Assembly: GCF_039548255.1 (NCBI RefSeq)
Contig: NZ_JBCLVH010000012.1
Location: 76,354-116,353, forward strand
DNA length: 40,000 nt
From: Lentibacillus songyuanensis
GTDB lineage: Bacteria; Bacillota; Bacilli; Bacillales; Amphibacillaceae
Direction of reading: 5' to 3'
The notes below the pieces were generated by a model that saw only the letters and a list, made by a program, of their open reading frames with translations, searched no databases and was not told the origin of the DNA. Below are positions 10,426 through 20,314 of this stretch, one piece after another (position 1 is the first letter of the stretch; the number at the start of each line of letters is the position of its first letter). Made by a program: the position numbers and the translations under genes.

Positions 10426-10866
10426 TTGAATCCGGAGGTAGGCTCTATAATGAGGTATTTTCATAACCTGTTTCCTGTAAAGGTGTATAAAAAAGAAGTG
10501 CCGTCGGATTTCGCGGTTCCTTCTTTGTATTTTCCTATTCCGACTGCGTTTGATAGTAACGATACAAACATGACGTTCACCAAAACGTATAGCCTTTCTG
10601 TGAAGTTGTTTCATGAGGATTCAGTAATCGCCAATGACAGGGCTGAAATGATTGCAGATGAGGTCAGGTCAAGCAAAAACGTTATCCCTATGGTGAACCC
10701 AGAAGGTGAATTAACAGGAGACTATATTCGTATATCGAAAATCGAGACCAGAATCGGAGACAACGGTGTGGCCACTATTATTGTGGGCTGGGATAGCAAC
10801 TATCATTACAGCCGTGAAGAGTGGCCAGCGTTACGGAATTTAGAACTTTATAGCGAGGTGAAATAG
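10426..10866 (+). CDS. Tail terminator-like protein (XkdJ/YqbJ position)
   Basis: TTG start 5 nt after GGAGGTGG (alternative ATG at 10450); synteny only. Confidence 0.5.
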   Translation: MNPEVGSIMRYFHNLFPVKVYKKEVPSDFAVPSLYFPIPTAFDSNDTNMTFTKTYSLSVKLFHEDSVIANDRAEMIADEVRSSKNVIPMVNPEGELTGDYIRISKIETRIGDNGVATIIVGWDSNYHYSREEWPALRNLELYSEVK

Positions 10867-11091
10867 TTGAGCGATAAAACGAAAAAACCACAGCCGCAAA
10901 AGCAAACAAAAACAGCGGAAAAAGAACAAACTTATTATTTACATGACCTTAGGGCGCATAGTCAAGAGCTGTTTGGCGTTAAGCCAGAGGTGTTTGACGG
11001 CGCCTTTTATCATGAAAAAGAACCACAAATAACCAAATCATATGCGGAAAACCGCATAAAAACATTTTTAAACAAGGAGGTTAAACAATGA
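10867..11091 (+). CDS. Small hypothetical protein (74 aa)
   Basis: TTG start abutting the previous stop; overlaps the sheath gene start. Confidence 0.45.
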   Translation: MSDKTKKPQPQKQTKTAEKEQTYYLHDLRAHSQELFGVKPEVFDGAFYHEKEPQITKSYAENRIKTFLNKEVKQ

Positions 11092-12416
11092 AGGGCGGAA
11101 CATTTACACCAGGTCAAGAAAAAGTAAGGCCGGGTATTTACTTTAATTTCACAGAACGCGCCAACGATAGAGTTACTGTCGGTGAGCGCGGGCGTGCTGC
11201 AATCCCTTTGATTTTATCTTGGGGAGAACCTAAGAAAATCATTGAAATTAAACGAGAGTCAGATGCAAGTGATAAATTAGGACTCGACCTTGCAGAACCA
11301 TCTCTTTTATTGCTAAGAGAGGTGAGGAAGCGAGCAAATGAAGTGCTTGTTTATCGCGTGAACGAGGGCGAAAAAGCGAAAGCAGACCTCACGGAAGGCG
11401 TAAAGGTAGAAGCTAAATACGGCGGTTCCAAGGGTAATGACATCAAGATTCGTGTAGCCAACAACGTCATTGATGATGAAGCAATGGATGTTACTACATT
11501 CTTTGGTGCGCGTGAAATTGAAACCCAAACCGTCAAAAATGCTGATGAATTAAAGGGGAATGAATGTGTCGCTTTCTCTGGATCCGGAGTATTGGAAGAG
11601 AAGGCTTCTGTTTCGTTATCTGGCGGTAGCGACAAGGAACCTATTACAGGGGCGTACACTGATTTTCTATCTGCGTTGGAAACAGAATCATTCGACGTTG
11701 TCGCTTTGCCGGTTGATGAAGAGGAATTAAAAGTAACGTTCACATCATTCATCAAACGTTTACGTGAAGACCAAGGCATTAAAGTTCAGGGGGTTGTCGC
11801 TGATTACGACGCCAATTATGAAGGTGTAGTCAACGTCACAAACGGTGTAGTGCTGGAAAATGATAAAACGTTAAGTCCTGCAGAAACAACTGCATGGGTA
11901 GCGGGTGCTATTGCTGGCGCTTCATTGAAACAATCACTTACGTTCATGGAATACGAGGGTGCTGTGGATGTTGAACCCCGTTATGATCATGATGAAACAG
12001 TAAAACGTCTCAAAAAAGGTGAGTTTTTGTTCACTTTTGATGGTCGAGACAAGACTGTTACGGTTGAAAAAGACCAAAACTCACTGGAATCTGACGCCAA
12101 GTTCTCATTGAACAAAGTGATTCGCATTATTGATGCGTTCCACAATGATGTTTTCCGTAGTTTCAAAGACATCATTAAGAACCGCAAGCGCACGGGCGAA
12201 GATATTCCTGTGTCACCAGACGGAGTGTCGATTGTCCAAACCGCAGTAGCTCTGTACTTAAACCTATTACAGGATGACGGCGTGGTTATGGATTTCGATC
12301 CAAAAGAGGATATCGAAATAGAAATCACAGCTGCGGGTGATGGTTTCATTGTAAATGTCGGTATCCAGCCTGTTGGAAGTGCAGAGAAATTCTACTTTGC
12401 AGTGGAGGTGAGATAA
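11088..12416 (+). CDS. Contractile tail sheath protein (XkdK-like)
   Basis: 442 aa; the N-terminus GTFTPGQEKVRPGIYFNF is typical of sheath proteins; followed by the tube gene. Confidence 0.9.
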   Translation: MKGGTFTPGQEKVRPGIYFNFTERANDRVTVGERGRAAIPLILSWGEPKKIIEIKRESDASDKLGLDLAEPSLLLLREVRKRANEVLVYRVNEGEKAKADLTEGVKVEAKYGGSKGNDIKIRVANNVIDDEAMDVTTFFGAREIETQTVKNADELKGNECVAFSGSGVLEEKASVSLSGGSDKEPITGAYTDFLSALETESFDVVALPVDEEELKVTFTSFIKRLREDQGIKVQGVVADYDANYEGVVNVTNGVVLENDKTLSPAETTAWVAGAIAGASLKQSLTFMEYEGAVDVEPRYDHDETVKRLKKGEFLFTFDGRDKTVTVEKDQNSLESDAKFSLNKVIRIIDAFHNDVFRSFKDIIKNRKRTGEDIPVSPDGVSIVQTAVALYLNLLQDDGVVMDFDPKEDIEIEITAAGDGFIVNVGIQPVGSAEKFYFAVEVR

Positions 12417-12419
12417 TCT

Positions 12420-12866
12420 ATGGTATTCAGAGCACGAAACACCATAAATGGTAAAGAGGGGCGACTGTTTCTTGAAGGCGAGGAACTGGCGTATATTAAA
12501 ACGTTTGAAGCAAACGTCGAAAAGAACAAAGAAGAAACCCCGATTATGGGGCGACGCATGATGGGTCATAAAACTTCAGGAGCGAGCGGTACGGGTACTG
12601 CGACGTTCTATAAAGTGACGTCACGATTCATTGAAATCATGTCGGAATATATCAAAACAGGTAAGGATCCGTATTTTACTATGCAGGCTGTCTTGGATGA
12701 TAAAACGGCAGACCGTGGAACTGAACGAGTTTCACTTTATGACGTTAACTTCGACAGTGTCAAGGTGGCTGGATTAGACATTGAAGCGGCGTCATTGGAA
12801 GAGGAAGTTCCGTTTACGTTTGAGGACTTTGACCTCCCAGAAGCATTGAAAGACTCATTCGAATAA
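12420..12866 (+). CDS. Tail tube protein (XkdM-like)
   Basis: 148 aa; GKEGRLFLEGEELAYIKTFEANVEKN...GTGTATFYKVTSRF resembles the XkdM family. Confidence 0.85.
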   Translation: MVFRARNTINGKEGRLFLEGEELAYIKTFEANVEKNKEETPIMGRRMMGHKTSGASGTGTATFYKVTSRFIEIMSEYIKTGKDPYFTMQAVLDDKTADRGTERVSLYDVNFDSVKVAGLDIEAASLEEEVPFTFEDFDLPEALKDSFE

Positions 12867-12867
12867 G

Positions 12868-12894
12868 AGAGCGACTAACCCTCGCTCTTTTTTT
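12868..12894 (+). terminator. Intrinsic terminator/attenuator after the sheath-tube genes
   Basis: Stem agagcga (12868-12874) / tcgctct (12882-12888), 7-nt loop, followed by a T run. Confidence 0.6.
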
Positions 12895-12924
12895 ATTTAC
12901 TTATAAACATTAGGAGGAAATTAC

Positions 12925-13368
12925 ATGTCAAATACTGAACAGCAAGTCGATTTATCATTTTTTATGCCGGGGAAAGCAGCAGAGGTTGAGGAGTTCACTG
13001 CGCCAATTTCAAAACGATTCAAGGACAAAGACGGGAATGTGATTCCTTTCAAATTTAAACCCATTACAACGGAGCGTGTGGATGAATTAGAGAAAACGAG
13101 CATGAAAAACGTTGTTAAAAACAACAAGGTAGTAGGAAAAGAGCTGGATAACTCACGCTTTATGGCTCGTATTGCGGTTGAATCAACCACTTATCCAGAC
13201 TTCAAAGCATCCGAAATGCGTAAGGCTTATAAAACAGAGGATCCAGTAGAAATTGCCAAAAAGGTTCTTCATGTTGCTGGTGAGTACGCAAATTGGATTG
13301 CAAAAGCTGCCGAAATAAATGGGTTTGAAGATGATCTGGACGACTTGGAAGAAATAGCAAAAAACTAA
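12925..13368 (+). CDS. Tail assembly chaperone (XkdN-like), zero-frame product
   Basis: 147 aa between the tube and tape measure genes; ends GCA AAA AAC TAA TAA. Confidence 0.8.
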   Translation: MSNTEQQVDLSFFMPGKAAEVEEFTAPISKRFKDKDGNVIPFKFKPITTERVDELEKTSMKNVVKNNKVVGKELDNSRFMARIAVESTTYPDFKASEMRKAYKTEDPVEIAKKVLHVAGEYANWIAKAAEINGFEDDLDDLEEIAKN

Positions 13369-13553
13369 TAAGAGATGGGGATAAAGAGTCCATTTATATG
13401 TACTATGCAATGCATGAACTTAAGTATTCCCCATCTCAATTATTAGAAATGTATGAGGCGGACTACCGTTTCAAATCATTTTTGTATGGTTCCATATCCA
13501 TCAAATTGGAAGAGTTGGAGAAAGAAGCAAAAAGGAGTAAGGGAGGGAAATAA
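13359..13553 (+). CDS. -1 frame extension of the chaperone, reached by programmed frameshift at A_AAA_AAC
   Basis: The heptamer A AAA AAC (13359-13365) is in X_XXY_YYZ phase of the XkdN frame, directly before its stop. The -1 frame is open from 13335 to TAA at 13551-13553 and ends 2 nt before the tape measure ATG. Confidence 0.7.
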   Translation, partial: KKLIRDGDKESIYMYYAMHELKYSPSQLLEMYEADYRFKSFLYGSISIKLEELEKEAKRSKGGK

Positions 13554-13555
13554 GC

Positions 13556-16500
13556 ATGGCTAAACTGACAGCGCGTTTTGACTTAGAGGATCGTATTTCT
13601 AAAAAGCTAAAAACAATCAGCGGTAACGCAAAAGCCTTAGAGCAAAGCAGGGATAAATTAAACAAGCCTATGGTGCTTAAGGTAAAAGATCAAGCGACAA
13701 AAAGCCTTACAAAAGTTCATAAGTTTGTTCTGAAAGACATTGCTAAAACACACACAATGTACGTTGCTCTTAAAGATAAAGCCACAAAACCTTTAAATAA
13801 GCTGAATTCATTCATGAAACGAAAAATGCCAAGAACACACGACATCATAGTCAAGGCGCAAGACAAGACAAAGTCAGTGCTTGAAAAAATAAGACGCTAT
13901 GCAGGAAGGCACCTCTCCAAACCCTACATGCTTATGGTTGCCGCAAGGGACAGAGCAATGCCTACTTTGCATAAAATAGCTAATTATGCAAAAAGGGCGC
14001 TGTCCAAAGGGTACAACTTTTCCGTCCGTGCTATCGACATAGCTACTAAAACGGTAAGTCGAATAGCTTCGTTTGCTCGAACGGCCATCCCGCGTTATCG
14101 CGACTTCACTATTAGGGCGTGGGATCGTGCTACCAAAATAGTGGGTACGGTAAGGCGGGCTTTGTTTAGTATTCCGACAATGATTACGGTCACTTTGGGC
14201 GTTATCGGTGCCGGCAAACTGAAAGATGCCACCTTGGGTGCGGCTATGGATTTCGAGGGGTATCAGATAGCCACGGAGCATTGGCTAGATGGTAACAAGA
14301 AGAAAGCGGACGAGCTTGTTGAATGGATGAGGGATTTTACAAACAAGACACCGTTTGATTCACCAGATTTATTCCCTGCTTTAGCACGTGGAATTGGCGT
14401 TGCTGACGGTGATGTAGGTCAAGCGAAACGGCTGCTAAATATAGCCACAGATATGGCTGCATTAACTCCTAATCGAACTGTAGAAGATGCAATGGATGCC
14501 TTGGCAGATGCTAATATGGGTGAATTCCAAACGTTAAAAGGTTTTAACGTTAAGATGACTCAAGATGACTTTGAATCATGGGAAGGATTCCAGTCAGATA
14601 TGGAGGACATGTTCTCGGGCGGTGCCGAACGTTTTTCGCAGACATCCAGAGGTTTGTTTAACAAAATTGGTGGATATATAACTGCGAGTTTCCGTGAAGC
14701 CGGAGAAGGTATGCTAGAATCCATGAAGCCACGTCTTGATAAAATCAGCACATGGATAGATAACAACCAAGATAAGTGGATGGAGTGGAGAGATACTGTT
14801 CAAAAAATGGGTGAACAGGGTGCAGAATGGGTTCTTTCCAAACTTGAAGGTGCATTTTTCTATATACGTGACAACTACCTTGAAAATGACGAGTTCAAAA
14901 AACTAGATTTCGAGGGAAAAGTTAAGTTCATCATGGAAGACCTCGGGAAATGGTGGAATGACAAAGGCAGACCGATAATGGCCAAGGTCAGCAAAGATGT
15001 TGGTGCTGCAATTTTCGAGGGAATTAAATGGGGTATCAAAGAAGGTTTTAAAGGTGTTGGATCCATGTGGATGGAAGCCTTTAAAGACCCAAGCGTAGAA
15101 GGTTTTGCAGGTGCTGGTATTGCTACAGCCATTGCAGGATCTATTCTTTCCTTGGTTTTGAGTCCATTATTCAAAGGTATAAGGGGAATATTTAAAACAG
15201 GGAAATGGTTCTGGGATCAAGGTAAAAAAGTAGCGGGGTTATTCGGAAAAAGAAAACCGCCAAAAGTACCGCCTGTTGTTCCGCCGGGAGGAGGTAAAAC
15301 TCCTAAGGGTTCGAATAAACCCAAAGGGAAACCCACATATACTCAACCTTGGTTCAATAAGGGGGACAAAGTAAAAACCCCTAAACCAAATGATTTTAAA
15401 AATGTATCGAAAATATCAAAAATATTTAAGCCTTTAAGTAAAATCGCAAAGAGAATACCCGTAATTGGCCCAGCGTTAGGCGCGTTATCATTGCTCGGCA
15501 CCGATAAAAAAGACATGGCTGGAGCTGTCGGAGGAATGGGCGGCGGCATACTAGGTGGTGCAGCTGGTGGGGCGGCTGCCGGTGCTGCATTTGGTGGCGT
15601 TGGCGCAATACCCGGAGCAATTATAGGTGGTATTGCTGGAGCGTTTGGCGGTGAAGCCCTTGGTGATTGGCTGTCAGATAATTGGAGTGCAATCAAAACC
15701 AAGGCAAGCGAAACGGGTCAATGGATTTCGGATACATTTGTAGGAATAAAAGACAGTATTGCAGAAACCATTTTCAGCGGTGAATGGTGGGGAGAAAAAT
15801 GGGACGGAGTTAAGAATTGGACGTCTGAAAAACTATCCGACACTGCGGAATGGTGGAACAACATAAAGCAAACCGCATCCGAAACATTCTTTAGCGCTGA
15901 CTGGTGGCTTGAACAAGCTGGTTTCATTTATGGTTACCTTGAAGAGACCATTTTTTCAGGTGAATGGTGGTCTGATAAATGGGAAATCGTCAAAGAATGG
16001 ACAGAGGGCACCATATTCGACGGAGAATGGTGGAGTGACAAGTGGGGTTCCGTGATGGAATGGACTTCCGAAAAATGGGACTCTGCGGTTGAAATATGGC
16101 AATCTGTCAAAACGGCCTTTGCAGAAACGGTATTTAGTGCTGACTGGTGGGCTGGGAAATGGGAGTCTGTGAAAGGATGGACTCAAGAAAAGTGGGATTC
16201 CGCAGTATCTGTTTGGAATTCTGTAGTAGATAAAATTTCCGAGACCATTTTCAGCGGCGATTGGTGGCTCGAAAAATGGGAAGGCGTTAAAGGTTGGACT
16301 GCTGATAAGTGGGATTCAGCCGTTTCTATATGGAATTCCGTCACAGACAAGATAAGTGAAACCATTTTCAGTGGCGAATGGTGGAAAGGCAAGTGGGAAT
16401 CTGTCAAAGACTGGACGAGCGATAAATGGGATACGGCTAAATCCATTTGGAGCGACGTGAAAACCTCTATTTCAGAAACATTGTTCAGCAAGGATTGGTG

Positions 16501-18274
16501 GACTGGTAAGTGGGACAATGTTGTCGAGTGGGGTAAAGGGGTAATGAGCGGCATTGGCGGATGGGTTTCAGGTCTAATTGATGACGTGAAAGATTCATTC
16601 GGAAAAGGGCGCGAAAAAGGTAAGAATGCAGCTAACCCTAAAACCGCAAGTGATCACATTACCCGAAACACATCAGTAAGGTCAAAGAAATATGCATCTG
16701 GTGGTATAATCGACAGACCTCATATGGGTCTTGTTGGTGAAGCGGGGCCAGAAGCAATTATTCCATTGTCTGCAAACAGGCGCAGTCGTGCATTAGATTT
16801 GTATAACCAAACAGGAAAGATGCTGGGCGTTCGTCCTTATGCAAATGGTGGGATTGCCGGCGGTTCGGTAACTACACCGAAACAATCTACTGCACAGGCG
16901 TCATTGAATGTTGACTCTATATCAGTAAAAGGTACAGACCAAGAGGCTGAAAAATACGGAGAGGCATTTTCAACATCTGTCGCAAGCGGAATAAATGAAA
17001 AGGTTGTTCCTATTGACAACTGGCGTAAAGCCAATATCGACAACCCAATGCAAAATGTTGTTAGAGATGCCGCAGGGTTTGGTTCCAATACCGTGAGGTC
17101 ATTTTCTGGTGCGCAGAATGAAACGCCTACGCACACACGCGAGCATTTACAGAACCAAGTAAAACGTCCATTCGAAGTAATTAAAGGCGGAGCATCTGAA
17201 TGGGGTTCCGGAACTATTTCCAGATTCCGTTCAGGTCAGAACGAAACAGAAACCGGCACAAGGCCATATCTTGTTTCAAACGTTCATACGCCATTTAACG
17301 ACACACGAGCCAAAGCATCAGGTTGGGGCTCTGGAACAATGTCAGAGTTTATTTCTGGAATGAATTCTAAGTCCAATGGTGTGGAAAGTGCTGCAAAAAC
17401 ACTGGCCAAGTTGGTTGATAAAACGTTCCGAGAAGAACTAGGGATTGCATCCCCTTCTAAAGTCATGATGAAAAATGGTATGTGGACGTCCATGGGTATT
17501 GTAAAAGGTTTGAATTCTGTTGACATTAAGGCCTTTACCGAGAAGCGCATTAACGACATGATGTCGGCGTTTAGTGGTATGGGGTCTGGTAGTGGAAATG
17601 TTAAGAAGTGGCTAATGGCGGCTATGATGGCTACTGGCGCACCGGCTGAATGGTTGGCGCCACTAACTACTATCGCTATGAAAGAGAGTGGCGGTAGAAC
17701 AGGGCCATCTACTATTAACAAATGGGATTCCAATTGGGCACGTGGAACGCCGTCCATGGGTCTTATGCAGACGATTATGCCGACATTCCAAGCAAATAAA
17801 GTGTCTGGCATGAACGATATTATGAATCCTATCCATAACGCAGCTGCAGCAATAAATTACATCAAGAGTCGTTATGGTACGCCGTTCAACACACCGGGTA
17901 TTCGCTCGATGGCAGCCGGTGGCCCATATAAGGGTTACTGGAAAGGTACAGATGGGCCATTAAGAAGTGCCGAAACAGCATGGGTAGGTGAACGTGGCCC
18001 AGAATTAGTTCATCTTCCAAGAGGTTCGGAAGTATTTTCGAACAGAGAAAGCAAGAAAATATCATCCGGTCAATTATCGGCCGTTACTGGTTCCGGAACA
18101 ATAAGTGCATCTAAAGGAAGTAACAAAGGTGACGTTATTGTTCAATTTAATGGCGATAACCACTTCCAAAGTGAAGAGGATATGGATAAATTCACAGATA
18201 AAGTTAAAAAGGCTATTGAAAAGGTATTGGATGATGAATATGACGAGGGAGGAGAGTGGGTAGCCTATGAGTAA
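13556..18274 (+). CDS. Tail tape measure protein with a C-terminal lytic transglycosylase (SLT) domain
   Basis: 1572 aa after the chaperone pair. Gly-rich hydrophobic segment (about 15517-15665). Trp-rich repeats. SLT-like motifs AMKESGG...GLMQTIMPTF...AAAAINYIKSRYG (about 17675-17880). Confidence 0.9.
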   Translation: MAKLTARFDLEDRISKKLKTISGNAKALEQSRDKLNKPMVLKVKDQATKSLTKVHKFVLKDIAKTHTMYVALKDKATKPLNKLNSFMKRKMPRTHDIIVKAQDKTKSVLEKIRRYAGRHLSKPYMLMVAARDRAMPTLHKIANYAKRALSKGYNFSVRAIDIATKTVSRIASFARTAIPRYRDFTIRAWDRATKIVGTVRRALFSIPTMITVTLGVIGAGKLKDATLGAAMDFEGYQIATEHWLDGNKKKADELVEWMRDFTNKTPFDSPDLFPALARGIGVADGDVGQAKRLLNIATDMAALTPNRTVEDAMDALADANMGEFQTLKGFNVKMTQDDFESWEGFQSDMEDMFSGGAERFSQTSRGLFNKIGGYITASFREAGEGMLESMKPRLDKISTWIDNNQDKWMEWRDTVQKMGEQGAEWVLSKLEGAFFYIRDNYLENDEFKKLDFEGKVKFIMEDLGKWWNDKGRPIMAKVSKDVGAAIFEGIKWGIKEGFKGVGSMWMEAFKDPSVEGFAGAGIATAIAGSILSLVLSPLFKGIRGIFKTGKWFWDQGKKVAGLFGKRKPPKVPPVVPPGGGKTPKGSNKPKGKPTYTQPWFNKGDKVKTPKPNDFKNVSKISKIFKPLSKIAKRIPVIGPALGALSLLGTDKKDMAGAVGGMGGGILGGAAGGAAAGAAFGGVGAIPGAIIGGIAGAFGGEALGDWLSDNWSAIKTKASETGQWISDTFVGIKDSIAETIFSGEWWGEKWDGVKNWTSEKLSDTAEWWNNIKQTASETFFSADWWLEQAGFIYGYLEETIFSGEWWSDKWEIVKEWTEGTIFDGEWWSDKWGSVMEWTSEKWDSAVEIWQSVKTAFAETVFSADWWAGKWESVKGWTQEKWDSAVSVWNSVVDKISETIFSGDWWLEKWEGVKGWTADKWDSAVSIWNSVTDKISETIFSGEWWKGKWESVKDWTSDKWDTAKSIWSDVKTSISETLFSKDWWTGKWDNVVEWGKGVMSGIGGWVSGLIDDVKDSFGKGREKGKNAANPKTASDHITRNTSVRSKKYASGGIIDRPHMGLVGEAGPEAIIPLSANRRSRALDLYNQTGKMLGVRPYANGGIAGGSVTTPKQSTAQASLNVDSISVKGTDQEAEKYGEAFSTSVASGINEKVVPIDNWRKANIDNPMQNVVRDAAGFGSNTVRSFSGAQNETPTHTREHLQNQVKRPFEVIKGGASEWGSGTISRFRSGQNETETGTRPYLVSNVHTPFNDTRAKASGWGSGTMSEFISGMNSKSNGVESAAKTLAKLVDKTFREELGIASPSKVMMKNGMWTSMGIVKGLNSVDIKAFTEKRINDMMSAFSGMGSGSGNVKKWLMAAMMATGAPAEWLAPLTTIAMKESGGRTGPSTINKWDSNWARGTPSMGLMQTIMPTFQANKVSGMNDIMNPIHNAAAAINYIKSRYGTPFNTPGIRSMAAGGPYKGYWKGTDGPLRSAETAWVGERGPELVHLPRGSEVFSNRESKKISSGQLSAVTGSGTISASKGSNKGDVIVQFNGDNHFQSEEDMDKFTDKVKKAIEKVLDDEYDEGGEWVAYE
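15750..16535 (+). repeat. About eight degenerate in-frame tandem repeats (about 29-aa units) in the tape measure, consensus SETIFSGEWWxxKWExVKxWTxxKWDSAvxiW
   Basis: Read directly from the translation, e.g. ISETIFSGDWWLEKWEGVKGWTADKWDSAVSIWNSVTDK followed by ISETIFSGEWWKGKWESVKDWTSDKWDTAKSIWSDVKTS. Confidence 0.85.
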
Positions 18275-18947
18275 AAGTGTATATCAATTTTGGTTATCAA
18301 CAAATGATAATAAAGAGAGATTGAGGTTACCTGTTCTCCCCAGCTCTCTCGACATGAGTAATGGTTCAAAAAACGAATCTGTCGATATATCCAATTTAGG
18401 AGAAGTAACCATCTTGCAAGATCCGGCGGCAAAGATTGTTCAGTTTTCGTCATTTTTCCCATTGCACGACAGCACACTATCAGAGTATAGCAATCCACCA
18501 AAGCCGTGGGATGCTGTTAAAAAAATAGAAAAGTGGAAGAAAGCGAAGGTTCCATTACGATTTCTGGTTACTGGAACATCCATCAATCTGCCAGTGTCCA
18601 TAGATAACTTTAGTTATGGTGAGGAAGGCGGGGCTGTTGGAGACATTACGTATGATTTAACTTTAAAGGAATACCTTTTCGTAAGTATAAGGCAAATCAA
18701 AGTAAAGGTACCCAAGAAAAAGAAAACAAAGAAAAAATCAAGACCTGCAGTTAAGCCAAAAGCAAAGACTCACAAAGTTAAAAGTGGAGATACGTTATGG
18801 CATTTGGCCAAACGCTATTATGGTAACAGCTTAAAATGGCGAAAAATATGGAATGCTAATAAATCCATGATGATCAAACGAGACCGCAGGAATATTAAGC
18901 AGCCCGGTCACTGGATATTTCCCGGACAGGTGTTGAAGATACCATGA
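18267..18947 (+). CDS. LysM-domain tail protein (XkdP-like)
   Basis: C-terminal LysM: HKVKSGDTLWHLAKRYYGNSLKWRKIWNAN...PGQVLKIP. Confidence 0.85.
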   Translation: MSKSVYQFWLSTNDNKERLRLPVLPSSLDMSNGSKNESVDISNLGEVTILQDPAAKIVQFSSFFPLHDSTLSEYSNPPKPWDAVKKIEKWKKAKVPLRFLVTGTSINLPVSIDNFSYGEEGGAVGDITYDLTLKEYLFVSIRQIKVKVPKKKKTKKKSRPAVKPKAKTHKVKSGDTLWHLAKRYYGNSLKWRKIWNANKSMMIKRDRRNIKQPGHWIFPGQVLKIP

Positions 18948-19918
18948 TTGAGTTATATCTTGTTAAACCTGGACTAATGACTGAAATACCGACCAAATCT
19001 ATTAATTGGACAGGTCAACGTTTCAAATCAGCCAGAAAAATAACTGCAGAGGTTCTTTATACGGATAAAGGTGGACTGAAATTCACAAAGGTCAATGAAG
19101 GAGATACTGTTCTCTTTAAGTGGAAAGAAAAAGAATTATTCCGTGGTACTGTTTTTAATCGAAATAAGACTAAAAGCGGAACAATAACGATAATAGCCTA
19201 TGACATGCTTCACTATCTTTTGACCAATAAAGATATATATGTATTTTCGAAAAAGAGAGTCACTGACATGGTAGTGCGAATTTGTAAGGATTTCCAAATC
19301 CCTCGAGGAACTATCGCAAACACTGGTGTTCGATTAAATGAAATATACACCAATGAAACAACGCTTTATGACATCATTTTAAAAGGCATTGTTAATACCG
19401 AAAAGCAGTCCGGTAGAAGGTTTCAACTGTCGTCATCTAAAGGAAAACTTCACTTGAAGGAATGGAAGGAAATTGAAAAACAGTGGGTTCTGGAAACAGG
19501 CGTAAACATCACTGATTATAATTTCGCAACCAACTTAGACGACACTGCAACAAGGGTGAAGCTGGTATCTAGCGTAGATAAAAAGACAACAACAGCCGTT
19601 GTAAATAATGGTTCTGGCCAGAAAAAATACGGTGTTTTACAACATTTTGAGCGAGTCAATGAGGAATTGACTCAAAACCAAGCGAATAGCAGGGCTAAAA
19701 AGCTACTGAAACAGAAAAAAGGAATACAAAAGAATTTGGAAGTTGATGCGCTCGGAATTGACGAGGTTGTTAGTGGTATGCCTGTATATGTAATTGAAAA
19801 AGATTTGGGTATAAAGGGTACCTATTATGTTGATTCTGACACTCATTTTTTCATGGGAGATTACCATGACATGAAACTTAAGTTGCTAGAAAAAAATACT
19901 ATGGCGGAGGTGGATTAA
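18944..19918 (+). CDS. Baseplate hub / late control D-like protein (XkdQ-like)
   Basis: 324 aa; synteny after the LysM protein; overlapping start. Confidence 0.7.
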   Translation: MIELYLVKPGLMTEIPTKSINWTGQRFKSARKITAEVLYTDKGGLKFTKVNEGDTVLFKWKEKELFRGTVFNRNKTKSGTITIIAYDMLHYLLTNKDIYVFSKKRVTDMVVRICKDFQIPRGTIANTGVRLNEIYTNETTLYDIILKGIVNTEKQSGRRFQLSSSKGKLHLKEWKEIEKQWVLETGVNITDYNFATNLDDTATRVKLVSSVDKKTTTAVVNNGSGQKKYGVLQHFERVNEELTQNQANSRAKKLLKQKKGIQKNLEVDALGIDEVVSGMPVYVIEKDLGIKGTYYVDSDTHFFMGDYHDMKLKLLEKNTMAEVD

Positions 19919-20307
19919 TGAGTATTGCCCAAACAATCAAAAAGATGGCCAATGATGCAGTTAATGCTAACAACCCTTTGCAATTTGTGGAAGGTGTGGT
20001 TCACAGTCCACCTCCAAACATTCAACTAAGGCTGAAAAGCAGCTCAAAATTAATAATTCCTAGTGAATTTATTATTGTATCGGAGCATTTGACGAGGCAT
20101 ACCCGGACTGCGAACATAACTAGTTCTAATATCAGCAGTTCAATGGCGAGCGCGGGCGATCCCTCGCACACGCATGGTATAAACTCATTGACGCTCCGAA
20201 GTGCAAAAATAGAATTTACTGACGAACTAAAAAAAGGCGATAAAGTGATGGTTGCTGCCGTTCAAGGTGGACAATCATTTTTTATTATCGACAGATTTAA
20301 GGGGTGA
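19918..20307 (+). CDS. Baseplate spike-like protein (XkdR-like, DUF2577 position)
   Basis: 129 aa; synteny. Confidence 0.6.
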   Translation: MSIAQTIKKMANDAVNANNPLQFVEGVVHSPPPNIQLRLKSSSKLIIPSEFIIVSEHLTRHTRTANITSSNISSSMASAGDPSHTHGINSLTLRSAKIEFTDELKKGDKVMVAAVQGGQSFFIIDRFKG

Positions 20308-20314
20308 TTAAGTA

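Noticed and set aside
15343-15702. 119-aa Pro/Ala-rich ORF on the - strand
   Set aside because: It is the antisense reading of the Gly-rich segment of the tape measure gene, a compositional artefact.
15750-16535. Tape measure repeats as a CRISPR-like array
   Set aside because: The units are degenerate, contiguous and in frame within a CDS, with no unique spacers.
11351-18501. Various - strand ORFs inside the sheath, tape measure and neighbouring genes (for example 11351-11779, 13874-14281, 16183-16554, 17284-17811)
   Set aside because: All are nested antisense to long, well-supported + strand genes. None has an RBS, and their Ser/Pro-rich compositions are typical of antisense frames.
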